Positions 10,142 through 20,013 of a stretch of DNA of 64,000 nucleotides are shown here, piece by piece. The stretch lies in assembly GCA_029931975.1 (NCBI GenBank), contig JAOZQY010000016.1, forward strand, positions 348-64,347. The letters run 5' to 3'. Below the pieces are notes generated by a model. It ran no database searches. It was given only the letters and a program-made list of their open reading frames with translations, and was not told the DNA's origin. Numbering within the stretch: the stretch's first letter is position 1; every line of letters begins with the position of its first letter. A program made the translations under genes and the position numbers. This stretch comes from Bacteroidales bacterium. Its GTDB lineage: Bacteria; Bacteroidota; Bacteroidia; Bacteroidales; GCA-2748055.

Positions 10142-10480
10142 ATGTTTGGGACTATATTATTTATTAGCGGGCAGGAGGTCATAGTTGTTGTAATGATCGT
10201 ATTGTTGTTATTTGGATCCAAGGAGATTCCCAGGCTTGCCAAGACCTTTGGCAAGGGGATGAAGGAGTTCAGGAAAGCCACCGAAGATATCAAGGCTGAA
10301 TTTGAAAAAAGTACGCCCGATGTGATGGACGATTTCAAGGAAATCAAGAGTAACCTGACCAAGGATGTCAATGACATAAAGAATAATCTTACTAAAGATG
10401 CCAGTGAGATCAGCAAGAATCTAACCAAAGATGCCAATAAAGTTGCGAAGGATGTAAAGAAGAATTTGGACATCGGTTAG
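10142..10480 (+). CDS. tatA: twin-arginine translocase TatA/TatE family subunit
   Basis: 112 aa. TM segment plus hinge (VMIVLLLFGSKEIPRLAKTFGKGMKEFRKA) matches the TatA signature. The C-terminal tail carries tandem repeats. Confidence 0.85.
   Translation: MFGTILFISGQEVIVVVMIVLLLFGSKEIPRLAKTFGKGMKEFRKATEDIKAEFEKSTPDVMDDFKEIKSNLTKDVNDIKNNLTKDASEISKNLTKDANKVAKDVKKNLDIG
10346..10444 (+). repeat. three tandem 33-nt (11-aa) repeats inside the tatA tail
   Basis: KSNLTKDVNDI / KNNLTKDASEI / SKNLTKDANKV. The periodicity is visible in both DNA and protein. Confidence 0.8.
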
Positions 10481-10494
10481 CGTAACACCCCAAT

Positions 10495-11430
10495 ATGGTA
10501 CAAGTTTATCTCTTACTGTTTGCTGGACTTATGTTGCTGTTCAGCAGCGGTAAATTCCTGGTTGATAGCAGTGTGGCCATATCGCGCCGACTGAAGATCC
10601 CCAGGATGATTATTGGGCTCACCGTGGTTGCATTCGGGACCTCGGCTCCTGAGTTGCTGGTCAGTTTGCAGGCCGCTTTTTCGGGTTACCCGGAGATTGC
10701 CATAGGGAACGTGGTGGGAAGTAATATATCCAACATCCTGCTTGTCCTGGCCATAACAGCACTTATTTATCCCATCCCTGTGCCTGCCTCTTCGGTGAAG
10801 CGCGATTGGCCCGTAATGATGCTGGTCTCCATCCTTCTATTGATATTCTCGCTGAATGGCTGGCTTACCCGCCTGGAGGGTGGGGTGCTTGTGGGTCTGC
10901 TTGCCGGGTATATTGCTTATTCAGTGCTACGTGCCAGGGGAGCTAATCCCAGTGTGACTTCTGAAAAGACCGAAGGGGCTATGAAGTGGTGGGTGGCCTT
11001 GATCATCTTCCTGGTTTCGTGTGTGGGATTGGCCTTTGGCGCTGATCTGCTGGTGGATAATGTGGCTATAATTGCGGAAGATATTGGCATATCCAAACGG
11101 GTCGTATCCATCACCATGGTGGCAGTTGGGACCAGTATTCCGGAACTGGCCACCAGCGTGATCGCCGCATTAAGGAAAGAGACCGATATTTCGGTGGGGA
11201 ATATCATTGGCTCCAATATCATGAACATTCTCTCGGTGCTGGGCTTTACCAGCTTGGTGAGCCCCATTAGAGTAAGCACAGAGATTGCCAGGTTCGATAT
11301 CCCATGGATGCTTGGTATTTCTCTGCTTTTGTTGCTGATGATGTTGCCTGCTTCCCGCTCGCGGATCACCCGTTGGGAAGGAAGCTTCATGATTATTATT
11401 TATCTGTTGTATATTTACTTCTTATTTTAA
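10495..11430 (+). CDS. calcium/sodium antiporter (CaCA / YrbG family)
   Basis: 311 aa, polytopic. Two alpha-repeat motifs, GTSAPEL and GTSIPEL, each followed by GNVVGSNI / GNIIGSNI. Confidence 0.88.
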   Translation: MVQVYLLLFAGLMLLFSSGKFLVDSSVAISRRLKIPRMIIGLTVVAFGTSAPELLVSLQAAFSGYPEIAIGNVVGSNISNILLVLAITALIYPIPVPASSVKRDWPVMMLVSILLLIFSLNGWLTRLEGGVLVGLLAGYIAYSVLRARGANPSVTSEKTEGAMKWWVALIIFLVSCVGLAFGADLLVDNVAIIAEDIGISKRVVSITMVAVGTSIPELATSVIAALRKETDISVGNIIGSNIMNILSVLGFTSLVSPIRVSTEIARFDIPWMLGISLLLLLMMLPASRSRITRWEGSFMIIIYLLYIYFLF

Positions 11431-11434
11431 CAGG

Positions 11435-12085
11435 ATGATCAGTGCATCAGAAATTACCAAGTTCTACGGGAACCTGCAGGTACTAAAGGGAATTGGTCTT
11501 GAAATAGCTGCCGGGGAGGTGGTCTCTGTAGTGGGAGCATCGGGAGCCGGAAAAACAACCTTGCTTCAGATCCTGGGGACACTTAGCAAGCAGGATGCAG
11601 GTGATGTTATTATAAACGGGATCAGAACCAGCGAACTTACAGGCAGCAAACTGGCCCGTTTTAGGAATATGCACATTGGCTTTGTGTTCCAGTTTCACCA
11701 GTTGCTCCCGGAATTTAATGCTCACGAAAATGTATGTATTCCAGGGTTTATTGCCAACAGATCGAGAAGGGAAGTTGAGGATCGTGCAAAGGAACTGCTT
11801 GATTTTCTGGGGCTACAGGGAAGATTCGATCACAAACCCTCGGAGCTTTCAGGGGGAGAGCAGCAGCGGGTGGCTGTGGCAAGGGCCCTGATCAACGATC
11901 CTGAAGTGATCCTGGCCGATGAGCCTTCTGGAAATCTGGATACGGAAAACAAACAGGAGCTACATAAGCTCTTTATGGAACTGCGAGATAAGTTTAAAAA
12001 AACTCTTGTAATTGTCACCCACGACCTCAGTCTGGCCGGTATGGCCGACAGAATCATCACCATGAAAGATGGTAGAATTGTTTAG
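11435..12085 (+). CDS. ABC transporter ATP-binding protein (LolD/MacB-type)
   Basis: 216 aa. Walker [10 protein letters not shown], signature [15 protein letters not shown], Walker [12 protein letters not shown]. Confidence 0.88.
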   Translation: MISASEITKFYGNLQVLKGIGLEIAAGEVVSVVGASGAGKTTLLQILGTLSKQDAGDVIINGIRTSELTGSKLARFRNMHIGFVFQFHQLLPEFNAHENVCIPGFIANRSRREVEDRAKELLDFLGLQGRFDHKPSELSGGEQQRVAVARALINDPEVILADEPSGNLDTENKQELHKLFMELRDKFKKTLVIVTHDLSLAGMADRIITMKDGRIV

Positions 12086-13434
12086 ATATCAGTGCCCCCA
12101 TGGTTCACAATGACTTCCTCCTCTATGAACTGAATCCCGTATTCCTCCAGTTCTTTAAGCACAGGATTGTATATATCAGGCTGAATAGGAAGCTGAACTC
12201 CAGTTCTCTGGTAGTCCCCTTCCAGGATTCTTCTGGCTATCATGGCCAGTGGTAGTCCCACAGTCATGGACATGGCCGTGTGCTTGGTATCCTGTCCAAT
12301 GTAGGCCATGGTGCTGTACCTTTTCAGGTGTAAGCCTTCCCTGTCGAAATCAAACATGTGTTGCATCAAGATCATATCTTTGTCGCCCGGCTCCAGATGC
12401 CATTTTTCTTCCAGGATCTTTTGAAGGATCTTGGCGGGAGTCAGTCCGGCCACCCCGATTTTAGTTTCTTCAAAGATGCCCAGCCATCTGAGCCGTTCCA
12501 TCATTTCAGAATCCCTGTCCAGATGCAGGTACTTTGCCAGTTTTTTTTCCACGGGAATATCGGTCCGAAAGGCCATGAAGCTGTTGATGAACTCCCGGTA
12601 GCTCATATCTTCGGTGTTCTCCATTACATAGGTGTCATCGGTGGCTCCCAGCTGTACAAAAGTATCCCAAGCCTCACAGTATCCCGGCCGGCGGATGGTT
12701 CCCCGGAACATGGTCTGCAGGTTATGGAGCCCATAGGTATCCCTGTAGGTGAGAGAATCCCTGTTTCCATATACTTCGTATTCACCCAGCTCCGGAACTT
12801 GAATGGTTTCGATGCGACTGAACACTTTATGGTAGGGGATGTATTTAAATTTGCCATTGTGAAGAAAGCGGGCGCCGTCATGGCCGGCCAACACTACATT
12901 TCTCGGATTCCAGGTGAATTTGTATTTCCAGGGATTGTTTTCATAGCCCGGAGCCACCAGTCCCCCGGTACTCGACTCAAAGGCTTTCAGCTCGTTACCC
13001 TCTTCCCTGATTTTGTTGATCATTTGCATGGCCGACATATGATCGATTCCGGGATCAACGCCACACTCATTCATGAGCACAATGCCTTTCTTCCTGGCTT
13101 CGCTGTCCAGAGCTTTGATGGCAGGAGAGAGGTAGGAGGCTGTGACCATATTTTTCTCCAGCTCCACACAGCTTTCAGCCACCAGGTGGTGCATTCTGGC
13201 CGGTAGCATACTGATCACTATGCTGGCCTGTTCTATTTCATTCCGGCGCTGCACGGGGTCATATACATCAAAACGAAAGGCTTCTCCATCGGGATGGCCC
13301 TCGATGCGTTCGACGGCGTTTTTTTCATTGATATCGCCCACACGGATCAGCCATTGATGCTGCGAGTGTTTAAGGAAATAGTTGATCAGAGATGTAGAGG
13401 AGAGTCCTGCCCCCAGGACTAAGATAGTTTGCAT
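12082..13434 (-). CDS. saccharopine dehydrogenase family protein
   Basis: 450 aa. N-terminal [10 protein letters not shown] Rossmann motif and [11 protein letters not shown], characteristic of saccharopine dehydrogenase/reductase. The 3' end overlaps the convergent ABC gene by 4 nt. Confidence 0.82.
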   Translation of the reverse strand: MQTILVLGAGLSSTSLINYFLKHSQHQWLIRVGDINEKNAVERIEGHPDGEAFRFDVYDPVQRRNEIEQASIVISMLPARMHHLVAESCVELEKNMVTASYLSPAIKALDSEARKKGIVLMNECGVDPGIDHMSAMQMINKIREEGNELKAFESSTGGLVAPGYENNPWKYKFTWNPRNVVLAGHDGARFLHNGKFKYIPYHKVFSRIETIQVPELGEYEVYGNRDSLTYRDTYGLHNLQTMFRGTIRRPGYCEAWDTFVQLGATDDTYVMENTEDMSYREFINSFMAFRTDIPVEKKLAKYLHLDRDSEMMERLRWLGIFEETKIGVAGLTPAKILQKILEEKWHLEPGDKDMILMQHMFDFDREGLHLKRYSTMAYIGQDTKHTAMSMTVGLPLAMIARRILEGDYQRTGVQLPIQPDIYNPVLKELEEYGIQFIEEEVIVNHGGTDI

Positions 13435-13438
13435 GGGC

Positions 13439-14038
13439 TTAGTTCTTTAGCTGTGCTTTCAGGATTCGGGCGATGTATTTTCCAATGATGTCGAACTCGA
13501 GATTAACCACACTACCCACCTTGAACTGATGGAAGTTGGTCATATTATAGGTGAAGGGGATGATGGCCACCTGGAATGATTTATCCTGCGAATTGATCAC
13601 GGTCAGGCTGACCCCGTTGACTGCTACAGAACCCTTTTCAACAGTGATATGTTCTTCGCCTTGCGGTTCGAAGGCAAAGGTAAAGTACCAGCTTCCATCG
13701 GCCTCATCGATGGCAGTACAGCTGGCTGTTAGATCCACATGTCCCTGAACCATATGTCCGTCGAGACGGGAATCGAGCCGTGTACTGCGTTCCAGGTTTA
13801 CCTTATCACCCACCTGCAGCAATCCCAGGTTTGATTTTTCAAGGGTTTCCCTGATGGCAGTAACCGTATAGCTATCGTTTTCAATGTCCACCACCGTCAG
13901 ACAGACGCCATTGTGTGAGATACTCTGATCGATTTTCAACTCGTCGGTAAACGAGCACTGCATAGTGATGTGCAGATTTTCCTGCTCCTGTTCCAGCCTG
14001 ACAACCTTCGCGGCCTCTTCAACAATCCCTGAAAACAT
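13439..14038 (-). CDS. ribE: riboflavin synthase
   Basis: 199 aa. MFSGIVEE start, two lumazine-binding repeats (SISHNGVCLTV and SVAVNGVSLTV). Confidence 0.93.
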   Translation of the reverse strand: MFSGIVEEAAKVVRLEQEQENLHITMQCSFTDELKIDQSISHNGVCLTVVDIENDSYTVTAIRETLEKSNLGLLQVGDKVNLERSTRLDSRLDGHMVQGHVDLTASCTAIDEADGSWYFTFAFEPQGEEHITVEKGSVAVNGVSLTVINSQDKSFQVAIIPFTYNMTNFHQFKVGSVVNLEFDIIGKYIARILKAQLKN

Positions 14039-14127
14039 AGACTTATGTTAGTATAGTTTATAAATAGTAAGAATGATGGAATAAAGCTAAACACAATATT
14101 TCAACGATCTAAGCCCTGAATATATGT

Positions 14128-15387
14128 TTAAGAAACTCCGAATGCCTTTTTAAATCGGTCTACGTAGTCCAGTTTCTCCCAGGTAAAAAGCTCCACTTCG
14201 ACGGTTTTTGGTTCCCAGTAGGGGGAACTAAAGGTCTTGGAGACGATCTGGGGGGTGCGTCCCATATGTCCGTAGGAAGCGGTTTCCAGGTAGATGGGAT
14301 TTCTGAGTTTCAGTCCATGCTCAATGGCAGCTGGCCTCAGGTCGTAGATCTCCTTAATCTTTTTGGCAATGTCATCATCACTAAGGTCCACCTTGGATTT
14401 TCCGAAAGTATTTACAAAGACACCGATGGGCTCCACGACGCCAATGGCATAGGAGAGCTGTACCAGGATCTCATCGGCAATGCCTGCTGCCACAATGTTT
14501 TTAGCAATATGGCGCGCAGCATAAGCTGCCGAGCGGTCCACCTTTGAAGGATCTTTGCCTGAGAAGGCTCCACCACCGTGTGCTCCTTTGCCCCCGTAGG
14601 TGTCTACAATAATCTTGCGTCCTGTGAGTCCTGTGTCGCCATGCGGACCACCGATAACAAATTTTCCGGTGGGATTCACATGCAGGATGAGCTGATCATC
14701 GAAAAGCGATTGCAGACGTGCAGGAAGTTGTTTGACCACCCTGGGAATCAGGATCTCTTTTACATCTTTCTTGATCTTCTCCAGCATGCGTTCATCATCA
14801 TTGTCGAATTCATCATGCTGGGTGGAGATCACAATGGTATGGATCCGTATGGCTTTGTCCTGGCCATCATACTCGATAGTGACCTGCGATTTTGAATCGG
14901 GTCTGAGGTAGGTCATCACTTTTTCCTCCCTGCGTATATCGGCCAGGGCGATCAGGAGCTTGTGACTCAGATCAAGGGGAAGGGGCATGTAGTTGTCTGT
15001 TTCGCTGGTGGCATAACCGAACATCATGCCCTGGTCGCCTGCGCCCTGTTCCATGGGATCGTCCCGTTCAACACCCCGGTTGATATCATGACTTTGTTCA
15101 TGAATCAGGGTGATTACTCCGCAGGAGTTGTACTCAAACTGGTAATCGCTTTTTGTATATCCGATCTTCTTAATGGTCTCTCTGGCCACCTTTTGAACAT
15201 CAATATAAGTAGAGGTCCGAACTTCCCCGGCCAATACCACCTGTCCGGTCGTTACCAGTGTTTCACATGCGACTTTGGATTGCGGATCAAAAGCAAGAAA
15301 TTCGTCCAATAATGCATCCGATACCTGGTCGGCTACTTTATCGGGGTGACCTTCAGAAACTGACTCGGATGTAAATAAATATGCCAT
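14128..15387 (-). CDS. metK: S-adenosylmethionine synthase
   Basis: 419 aa. [25 protein letters not shown] and [16 protein letters not shown] motifs. Confidence 0.96.
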   Translation of the reverse strand: MAYLFTSESVSEGHPDKVADQVSDALLDEFLAFDPQSKVACETLVTTGQVVLAGEVRTSTYIDVQKVARETIKKIGYTKSDYQFEYNSCGVITLIHEQSHDINRGVERDDPMEQGAGDQGMMFGYATSETDNYMPLPLDLSHKLLIALADIRREEKVMTYLRPDSKSQVTIEYDGQDKAIRIHTIVISTQHDEFDNDDERMLEKIKKDVKEILIPRVVKQLPARLQSLFDDQLILHVNPTGKFVIGGPHGDTGLTGRKIIVDTYGGKGAHGGGAFSGKDPSKVDRSAAYAARHIAKNIVAAGIADEILVQLSYAIGVVEPIGVFVNTFGKSKVDLSDDDIAKKIKEIYDLRPAAIEHGLKLRNPIYLETASYGHMGRTPQIVSKTFSSPYWEPKTVEVELFTWEKLDYVDRFKKAFGVS

Positions 15388-15560
15388 GATACTATTAAAT
15401 TAGATGTAATGCATTAAGGATGAGGGAGGTGACTGACCGTAGATAAGTGCCTGTTTTAGCATTTTTTTACCGTGGTTGCAATCAGTCAAATCTTTCCACA
15501 TCGACCCGACAAAGGAAGTAATTTTCATGCTTATGAGCAAGAAATGTACTGGCTTTAACT

Positions 15561-15592
15561 GAAAAGAGACCATCCTTTCAGGGACAGTCTCT
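15561..15592 (-). terminator. probable terminator after the TPR gene
   Basis: On the minus strand: AGAGACTGTCC-ctgaaa-GGATGGTCTCT (11 bp including 2 G-U pairs) followed by TTTC. The T-run is weak. Confidence 0.45.
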
Positions 15593-15611
15593 TCTATATT
15601 TAGGTTAACTT

Positions 15612-16586
15612 TTAATCGCAGATGTCAACCATCTTTTTTTCAGCCTTGGCCAGGAAGGGATCTTCGGTAACCAACCTATATGCTTCACAGGCTTTGTCGT
15701 ATTTGGCGGATTTATCATAAGCCAGTCCCAGTTCGTAGTTGGCGGCTGAGGCCCATAGCGGATCTTTTTCATTCTGGACCGCTTTTTGTGCATATGAAAT
15801 GGCGCTGTCGTACCGGGAAGTCTTGTTAGAAACAAGGGCCATGTGATACAGTGCGCGTGGATTGTTGGGATTGGCGCCAAGGGCATTCTCGCAGGCTTCA
15901 ATTACGTATGAGTAATCGTTATCCTCAGGATCCACATTCTCCATCTCTTCAGTGATAAATTTATTGTAGTAGGAGTCGATCGCTCTATTGACCTTATCAA
16001 TGGTTTTTGTATCACCTTTGGCCTCTGCACCCGCTTTGGCTTTAGCAAAAGATTCCAGCATCATATCGGCTTCGTCCATGTCGAGGTATACCATTCCTTT
16101 CCCCTGGTGAGCCTGGTAAAGGGTCTCTTTCAGGCCAAGGGCCTTGTCGAAGTAAGCGAGGGCTGCATCGTAGGACTTGTTTTTCCATTCGTGGTTTCCT
16201 TCTCTTACATATAGCTGGGGCAGGTATTTGTTGGCCTTTTTGCTGATCTCTTCATTGTTGTTATACAGGGTAGCAGTCTCCACAGTTTTCTCGAGGAAAG
16301 GAATGGCATTGTCATATTGCTTTCTTTTCATGAAAACGGTGGCTTGCCTGTAATAGGCTGAAGGAATCATGTTTTCTGCCTGAGACTTCATGTCATTTCC
16401 TTCATCACCAATCTGTTCGGCCAGGGTTATGACCTGATTGAAGTGCTCAATGGAAATATCATACTCCTGACTGTTGAGTTTCTCAACACCGGTATTGAAT
16501 TCATTAATCACATCTGTGAGGGTTTGGGCAGACAGCATAGTGGTCAGTAGAACGCCTCCTAAAATAGCCAGTACTCTAAATTTCAT
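15612..16586 (-). CDS. tetratricopeptide (TPR) repeat protein, secreted
   Basis: 324 aa. Signal peptide ending SAQ, and repeated 34-aa A/Y/L-patterned units (e.g. YDAALAYFDKAL, YDSAISYAQKAV, YDKACEAYRLV). Confidence 0.75.
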   Translation of the reverse strand: MKFRVLAILGGVLLTTMLSAQTLTDVINEFNTGVEKLNSQEYDISIEHFNQVITLAEQIGDEGNDMKSQAENMIPSAYYRQATVFMKRKQYDNAIPFLEKTVETATLYNNNEEISKKANKYLPQLYVREGNHEWKNKSYDAALAYFDKALGLKETLYQAHQGKGMVYLDMDEADMMLESFAKAKAGAEAKGDTKTIDKVNRAIDSYYNKFITEEMENVDPEDNDYSYVIEACENALGANPNNPRALYHMALVSNKTSRYDSAISYAQKAVQNEKDPLWASAANYELGLAYDKSAKYDKACEAYRLVTEDPFLAKAEKKMVDICD

Positions 16587-16639
16587 ATAATAAACATTTG
16601 GTTAACAAATTTGACCGGTAAAAATATAAAAATATTATA

Positions 16640-16664
16640 CAAATACAATGCTAATTTGTATTTG
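16640..16664 (-). terminator. possible AT-rich hairpin terminator after the gldA-like gene
   Basis: 9-bp stem caaatacaa / ttgtatttg with a 7-nt loop, followed on the minus strand by TATAATATTTTTAT. The stem is weak and AT-only, and it sits in the TPR-gene promoter region, so it could instead be an operator. Confidence 0.3.
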
Positions 16665-16689
16665 ATACAACTATCAGACAAACAGATGT

Positions 16690-17607
16690 TTATTGATTAG
16701 TGAGTTCCCGAAAAACTTCCTCCAGGCTCTTTTTTTTCAGGGAAAGGGACAAAATAGTAAGTCCTTGATTGACAGCAAAATTAAAAATATCGCCCCGGAC
16801 ATCACGTATTTCTGGGGTTTCCAGCAGAAATTGCTTCTCTCCCAGGGGCTTCACATGGGAGATGAATTTTAAGCTTTGCCAGATCTTTGGATCGGGGCTG
16901 CTATCCAGTTCAATATGGATGGTCTGGGTGTAGCCCATTCCCGACTCTTTCAGGCGATCTGCATAAGCATCAGCCACAATCAGGCCCTTGTTAATAACAA
17001 GAACCCTGTCGCATATCGCTTCTACTTCCTGCAGGATATGGGTGGACAGGAGCACGGTTTTCTCTTTACCAATGTTGGAGACCAGATTCCGGATCTCCAT
17101 TAGCTGGTTGGGGTCCAGTCCGGAAGTGGGTTCATCCAGGATCAGGATCTCCGGATCATGAATCAGGGCCTGTGCCAGCCCAACCCGTTGCCTGTAGCCT
17201 TTGGATAGTGCCCCTATCCTTTTGTTTATTTCAGAAGAGAGAGCTGTCATTTCAATGACCCTGGAAATTCGCTCCCTGGCCACCTTCCCCTTAAGTCTAT
17301 ATAAGCCAGCCACATAGGACAAATATTCACGGATGTACATTTCCGGGTAGAGGGGATTGTTTTCGGGTAGGTATCCAATGAGTCTCCGAATCTCCTGTTG
17401 GTGTTCAAGCGCCGACAGGTCGTTGATTATAATTGATCCACTGTCGGGCGAAAGGGTCCCGGTAATCATTTTCATGGTGGTGGATTTACCGGCGCCATTG
17501 GGACCTATAAAGCCAACAATCTCTCCTGTTGAAACGGTAAAGGAAACATTGTTCACTGCAAGCTGAGTACCGTATTGTTTGGAAATCTCTTTGACTGCAA
17601 TGGACAT
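16690..17607 (-). CDS. gldA: ABC transporter ATP-binding protein, GldA-like (gliding-motility-associated type)
   Basis: 305 aa. GPNGAGKSTTMK Walker A, LSKGYRQRVGLAQAL signature, and IGYLPENNPLYPEMYIREYL as I remember it from GldA. No gldF/gldG permease genes are adjacent. Confidence 0.6.
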   Translation of the reverse strand: MSIAVKEISKQYGTQLAVNNVSFTVSTGEIVGFIGPNGAGKSTTMKMITGTLSPDSGSIIINDLSALEHQQEIRRLIGYLPENNPLYPEMYIREYLSYVAGLYRLKGKVARERISRVIEMTALSSEINKRIGALSKGYRQRVGLAQALIHDPEILILDEPTSGLDPNQLMEIRNLVSNIGKEKTVLLSTHILQEVEAICDRVLVINKGLIVADAYADRLKESGMGYTQTIHIELDSSPDPKIWQSLKFISHVKPLGEKQFLLETPEIRDVRGDIFNFAVNQGLTILSLSLKKKSLEEVFRELTNQ

Positions 17608-17616
17608 AAGAAGTTT

Positions 17617-17644
17617 GTTAGTGCCTGGTTAGTTAGTGCCTGGT
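17617..17644. repeat. 13-nt direct repeat x2 (gttagtgcctggt, 15-nt period) between the usp stop and the gldA-like start
   Basis: Exact copies at 17617-17629 and 17632-17644 within a 48-nt intergenic gap. Confidence 0.85.
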
Positions 17645-17655
17645 GAAGGAGGGCC

Positions 17656-18504
17656 CTAACCATACATGAACTGGCCCACCTTGGCAAAGTTAGATTTGGG
17701 GTTGACACACATTACAGGGATCTTTTCACTGTTGGAGAGGAGGTATTGCTCCTTGGCTCCGAAGATGTAGTCGAATTTGGTAATATGCTTGGTGGTGGTG
17801 ATCAGAATCAGATCGGCATTGATTTTTTTGCAAAAAGCCAGCAAGGCTTTCTGATAGTTTCCTGAACCTGATTTTGCAGAAGTATGAATTTCATATTCAA
17901 TGTTGTTCTGGATCAGAAAGCGAATGGCAAAATTGAGATTTACATTTACTTTTTTCTGAAGGTTTTTGTCCCCCACAGGTGCTTTATACAGGTGTATTTT
18001 CGAATTCAGGTATTTGCCCAGGAAGATGGCCCATTGAAGTTTCTCCTTATTTTCAGATTTAAAATCGATGGGGAACACGATATCGGTGTACCTGTCTTTC
18101 TCCGGAGGAGCATCTTGTATAACAATAAAAGGCACAGCTGAGCCGGCAATAACTCTCAGGGCCCAGCTTCCAAAGAGTTTCTGTCCTCCTTTCATTCCAT
18201 GGGTACCCATGACAACGAAGTTGACTGCGTTCTCATCCTTGGATGCATAGTCGGCTATCTCTTTGAAAATCTTACCATGATGAACAAAATATTTCACCTC
18301 CTCGCCAAGATCCTTTTTAATCTCAACTACTGCTTGGTCCATCTTAGCTCTGGCAACTTCCTCTTCAGATGGTTCATTCACAATATGAAACAATACTACA
18401 TTGTTTTTAAGAATGTGAGCCATCTTAATGGCATGCTTCAAGGCATTGTAGGATACAACAGAAAAATCCCAGGTAACCATTATGGATTTTCGCTCATGCT
18501 CCAT
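17656..18504 (-). CDS. universal stress protein (tandem Usp domains)
   Basis: 282 aa in two halves. The first carries the Usp-type glycine-rich stretch (VVMGTHGMKGGQKLFGS); the second half is more divergent. Confidence 0.75.
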   Translation of the reverse strand: MEHERKSIMVTWDFSVVSYNALKHAIKMAHILKNNVVLFHIVNEPSEEEVARAKMDQAVVEIKKDLGEEVKYFVHHGKIFKEIADYASKDENAVNFVVMGTHGMKGGQKLFGSWALRVIAGSAVPFIVIQDAPPEKDRYTDIVFPIDFKSENKEKLQWAIFLGKYLNSKIHLYKAPVGDKNLQKKVNVNLNFAIRFLIQNNIEYEIHTSAKSGSGNYQKALLAFCKKINADLILITTTKHITKFDYIFGAKEQYLLSNSEKIPVMCVNPKSNFAKVGQFMYG

Positions 18505-18585
18505 GGTAAAATTCTTTTTTGGTTTGAGTAAATTTAGCGATTTTAATAAGATTGTAAAGTTAACGAATCCAATTTGATAAAATTG

Positions 18586-18593
18586 TATTTTTG
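18586..18593 (+). promoter_or_regulatory. putative -7 promoter box (TATTTTTG) for asnS-rpoN
   Basis: TAnnTTTG match 23 nt upstream of the asnS ATG. Confidence 0.35.
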
Positions 18594-18615
18594 TAGCTTG
18601 TTTAAATAACAGAAA

Positions 18616-20004
18616 ATGAAGAGATCGACAGTTAAGGAGTTGCTGAGAGCAACAGAGAAAGACAAACAGGTGTTGTTAAAGGGATGGGTTCGGACCAGGC
18701 GTGGAAATAATCAGTTGGCCTTTATAGCCGTCAATGACGGAACCATTATACACAATATCCAGGTGGTAGCCGACCTGGCTTCATTTTCCGAAGAGGAGAT
18801 GAAAAGAGTAACCACAGGTTCAAGTATCAGCGTGATTGGTACACTGGTTGAATCCATGGGAAAGGGGCAGAATGTGGAGATTCAGGCTAAGGAGATTGAA
18901 GTATTGGGGGATTCCGACCCCGAAGTATATCCCCTGCAGAAAAAGGGTCACTCCTTTGAGTTTTTGCGTGAGATTGCACACTTGCGGTTCCGGACCAACA
19001 CTTTTGGTGCTGTTTTCCGGATCAGACATGCTCTTGCCTATGCCATTCATAAGTACTATAACGATAAGGGATTTTTCTACCTGCATACGCCTATTGTTAC
19101 GGCATCGGATGCTGAAGGAGCAGGGGCCATGTTCAGGGTAAGCACCCTGGATCCGAAGAATCCCCCCCTGAGCAAGGAAGGGGAAGTCGATTATAGCCAG
19201 GACTTTTTCGGACGCCCTACCAACCTGACCGTTTCTGGTCAGCTTGAAGGAGAACTGGGAGCACTGGCACTGTCGTCCATCTATACCTTTGGTCCCACCT
19301 TCCGTGCCGAGAACTCCAATACACCGCGTCATGTGGCGGAATTCTGGATGATTGAGCCTGAAATGGCCTTCTATGATATTACCGACAACATGGACCTTGC
19401 GGAGGATTTTCTGAAATACCTTATCCAGTATACCCTGGAACATTGTATGGATGATCTGGAGTTTTTGAATAAGATGGTTGATAAGGGCTTGCTGGAGCGC
19501 TTGAATTTTGTCCAGAAGCAGCCTTTTGAAAGAAAGAGTTATACAGAGGCCGTTGAAATACTGAAGAAGTCAGATAAGAAATTTGAGTTTCCAGTGAAGT
19601 GGGGTCTTGACCTGCAGGCCGAGCATGAAAGATATCTTGTGGAAGAGCATTACAAGCGCCCGGTGATTCTGACCGATTACCCCAGGGATATCAAGGCGTT
19701 TTACATGAAACAGAATGACGATGGAAAAACTGTCAGGGCCATGGATGTGCTTTTTCCCACCATCGGAGAGATAATCGGGGGTTCGCAAAGAGAGGAGGAG
19801 CTGGATAAGCTGCAAAACAGGATGAAAGAGATGAATATTCCTGAAGATGAATTGTGGTGGTATCTGGAAACTCGTAAATTTGGCACTGTAGAACATAGTG
19901 GTTTTGGATTAGGATTTGAGCGCTTAATTATGTTTATTACAGGTATGAGTAATATCAGGGATGTAATCCCCTTTCCGCGTACCCCGGGGCACGCGGAGTT
20001 CTAA
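18616..20004 (+). CDS. asnS: asparagine--tRNA ligase
   Basis: 462 aa. Class IIb motifs: GWVRTRR OB-fold start, [37 protein letters not shown]. Confidence 0.95.
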   Translation: MKRSTVKELLRATEKDKQVLLKGWVRTRRGNNQLAFIAVNDGTIIHNIQVVADLASFSEEEMKRVTTGSSISVIGTLVESMGKGQNVEIQAKEIEVLGDSDPEVYPLQKKGHSFEFLREIAHLRFRTNTFGAVFRIRHALAYAIHKYYNDKGFFYLHTPIVTASDAEGAGAMFRVSTLDPKNPPLSKEGEVDYSQDFFGRPTNLTVSGQLEGELGALALSSIYTFGPTFRAENSNTPRHVAEFWMIEPEMAFYDITDNMDLAEDFLKYLIQYTLEHCMDDLEFLNKMVDKGLLERLNFVQKQPFERKSYTEAVEILKKSDKKFEFPVKWGLDLQAEHERYLVEEHYKRPVILTDYPRDIKAFYMKQNDDGKTVRAMDVLFPTIGEIIGGSQREEELDKLQNRMKEMNIPEDELWWYLETRKFGTVEHSGFGLGFERLIMFITGMSNIRDVIPFPRTPGHAEF

Positions 20005-20013
20005 ATAGAAATA

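Noticed and set aside
10105-10473. 122-aa minus-strand ORF with a repetitive SLVRLLLISL-type sequence
   Set aside because: It is the antisense image of the tatA tail repeats. tatA is supported by its conserved TM-hinge signature.
12358-13206. 282-aa plus-strand ORF
   Set aside because: It lies entirely antisense to the well-supported saccharopine dehydrogenase gene. Its composition is the H/F/G-rich pattern typical of antisense shadow ORFs, and it contains no recognisable motif.
15388-15611. Calling the metK leader a canonical SAM-I (S-box) riboswitch
   Set aside because: The elements I could see (GCAACC, GCUAAA, and GAGGGA only on the opposite strand) are not in the S-box order or on one strand. 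It is kept only as an unclassified candidate leader.
17617-17644. Sigma-54 promoter within the direct repeat (it contains GGCAC)
   Set aside because: Neither copy gives the GG-N10-GC spacing or a TTGC -12 element.
18820-19443. 207-aa minus-strand ORF. Similar long antisense ORFs lie at 52442-53065, 56423-57013, 33416-33934 and 187-723.
   Set aside because: Each is wholly inside, and antisense to, a confidently identified gene (asnS, topA, radA, the TonB-dependent receptor and gpmI respectively).
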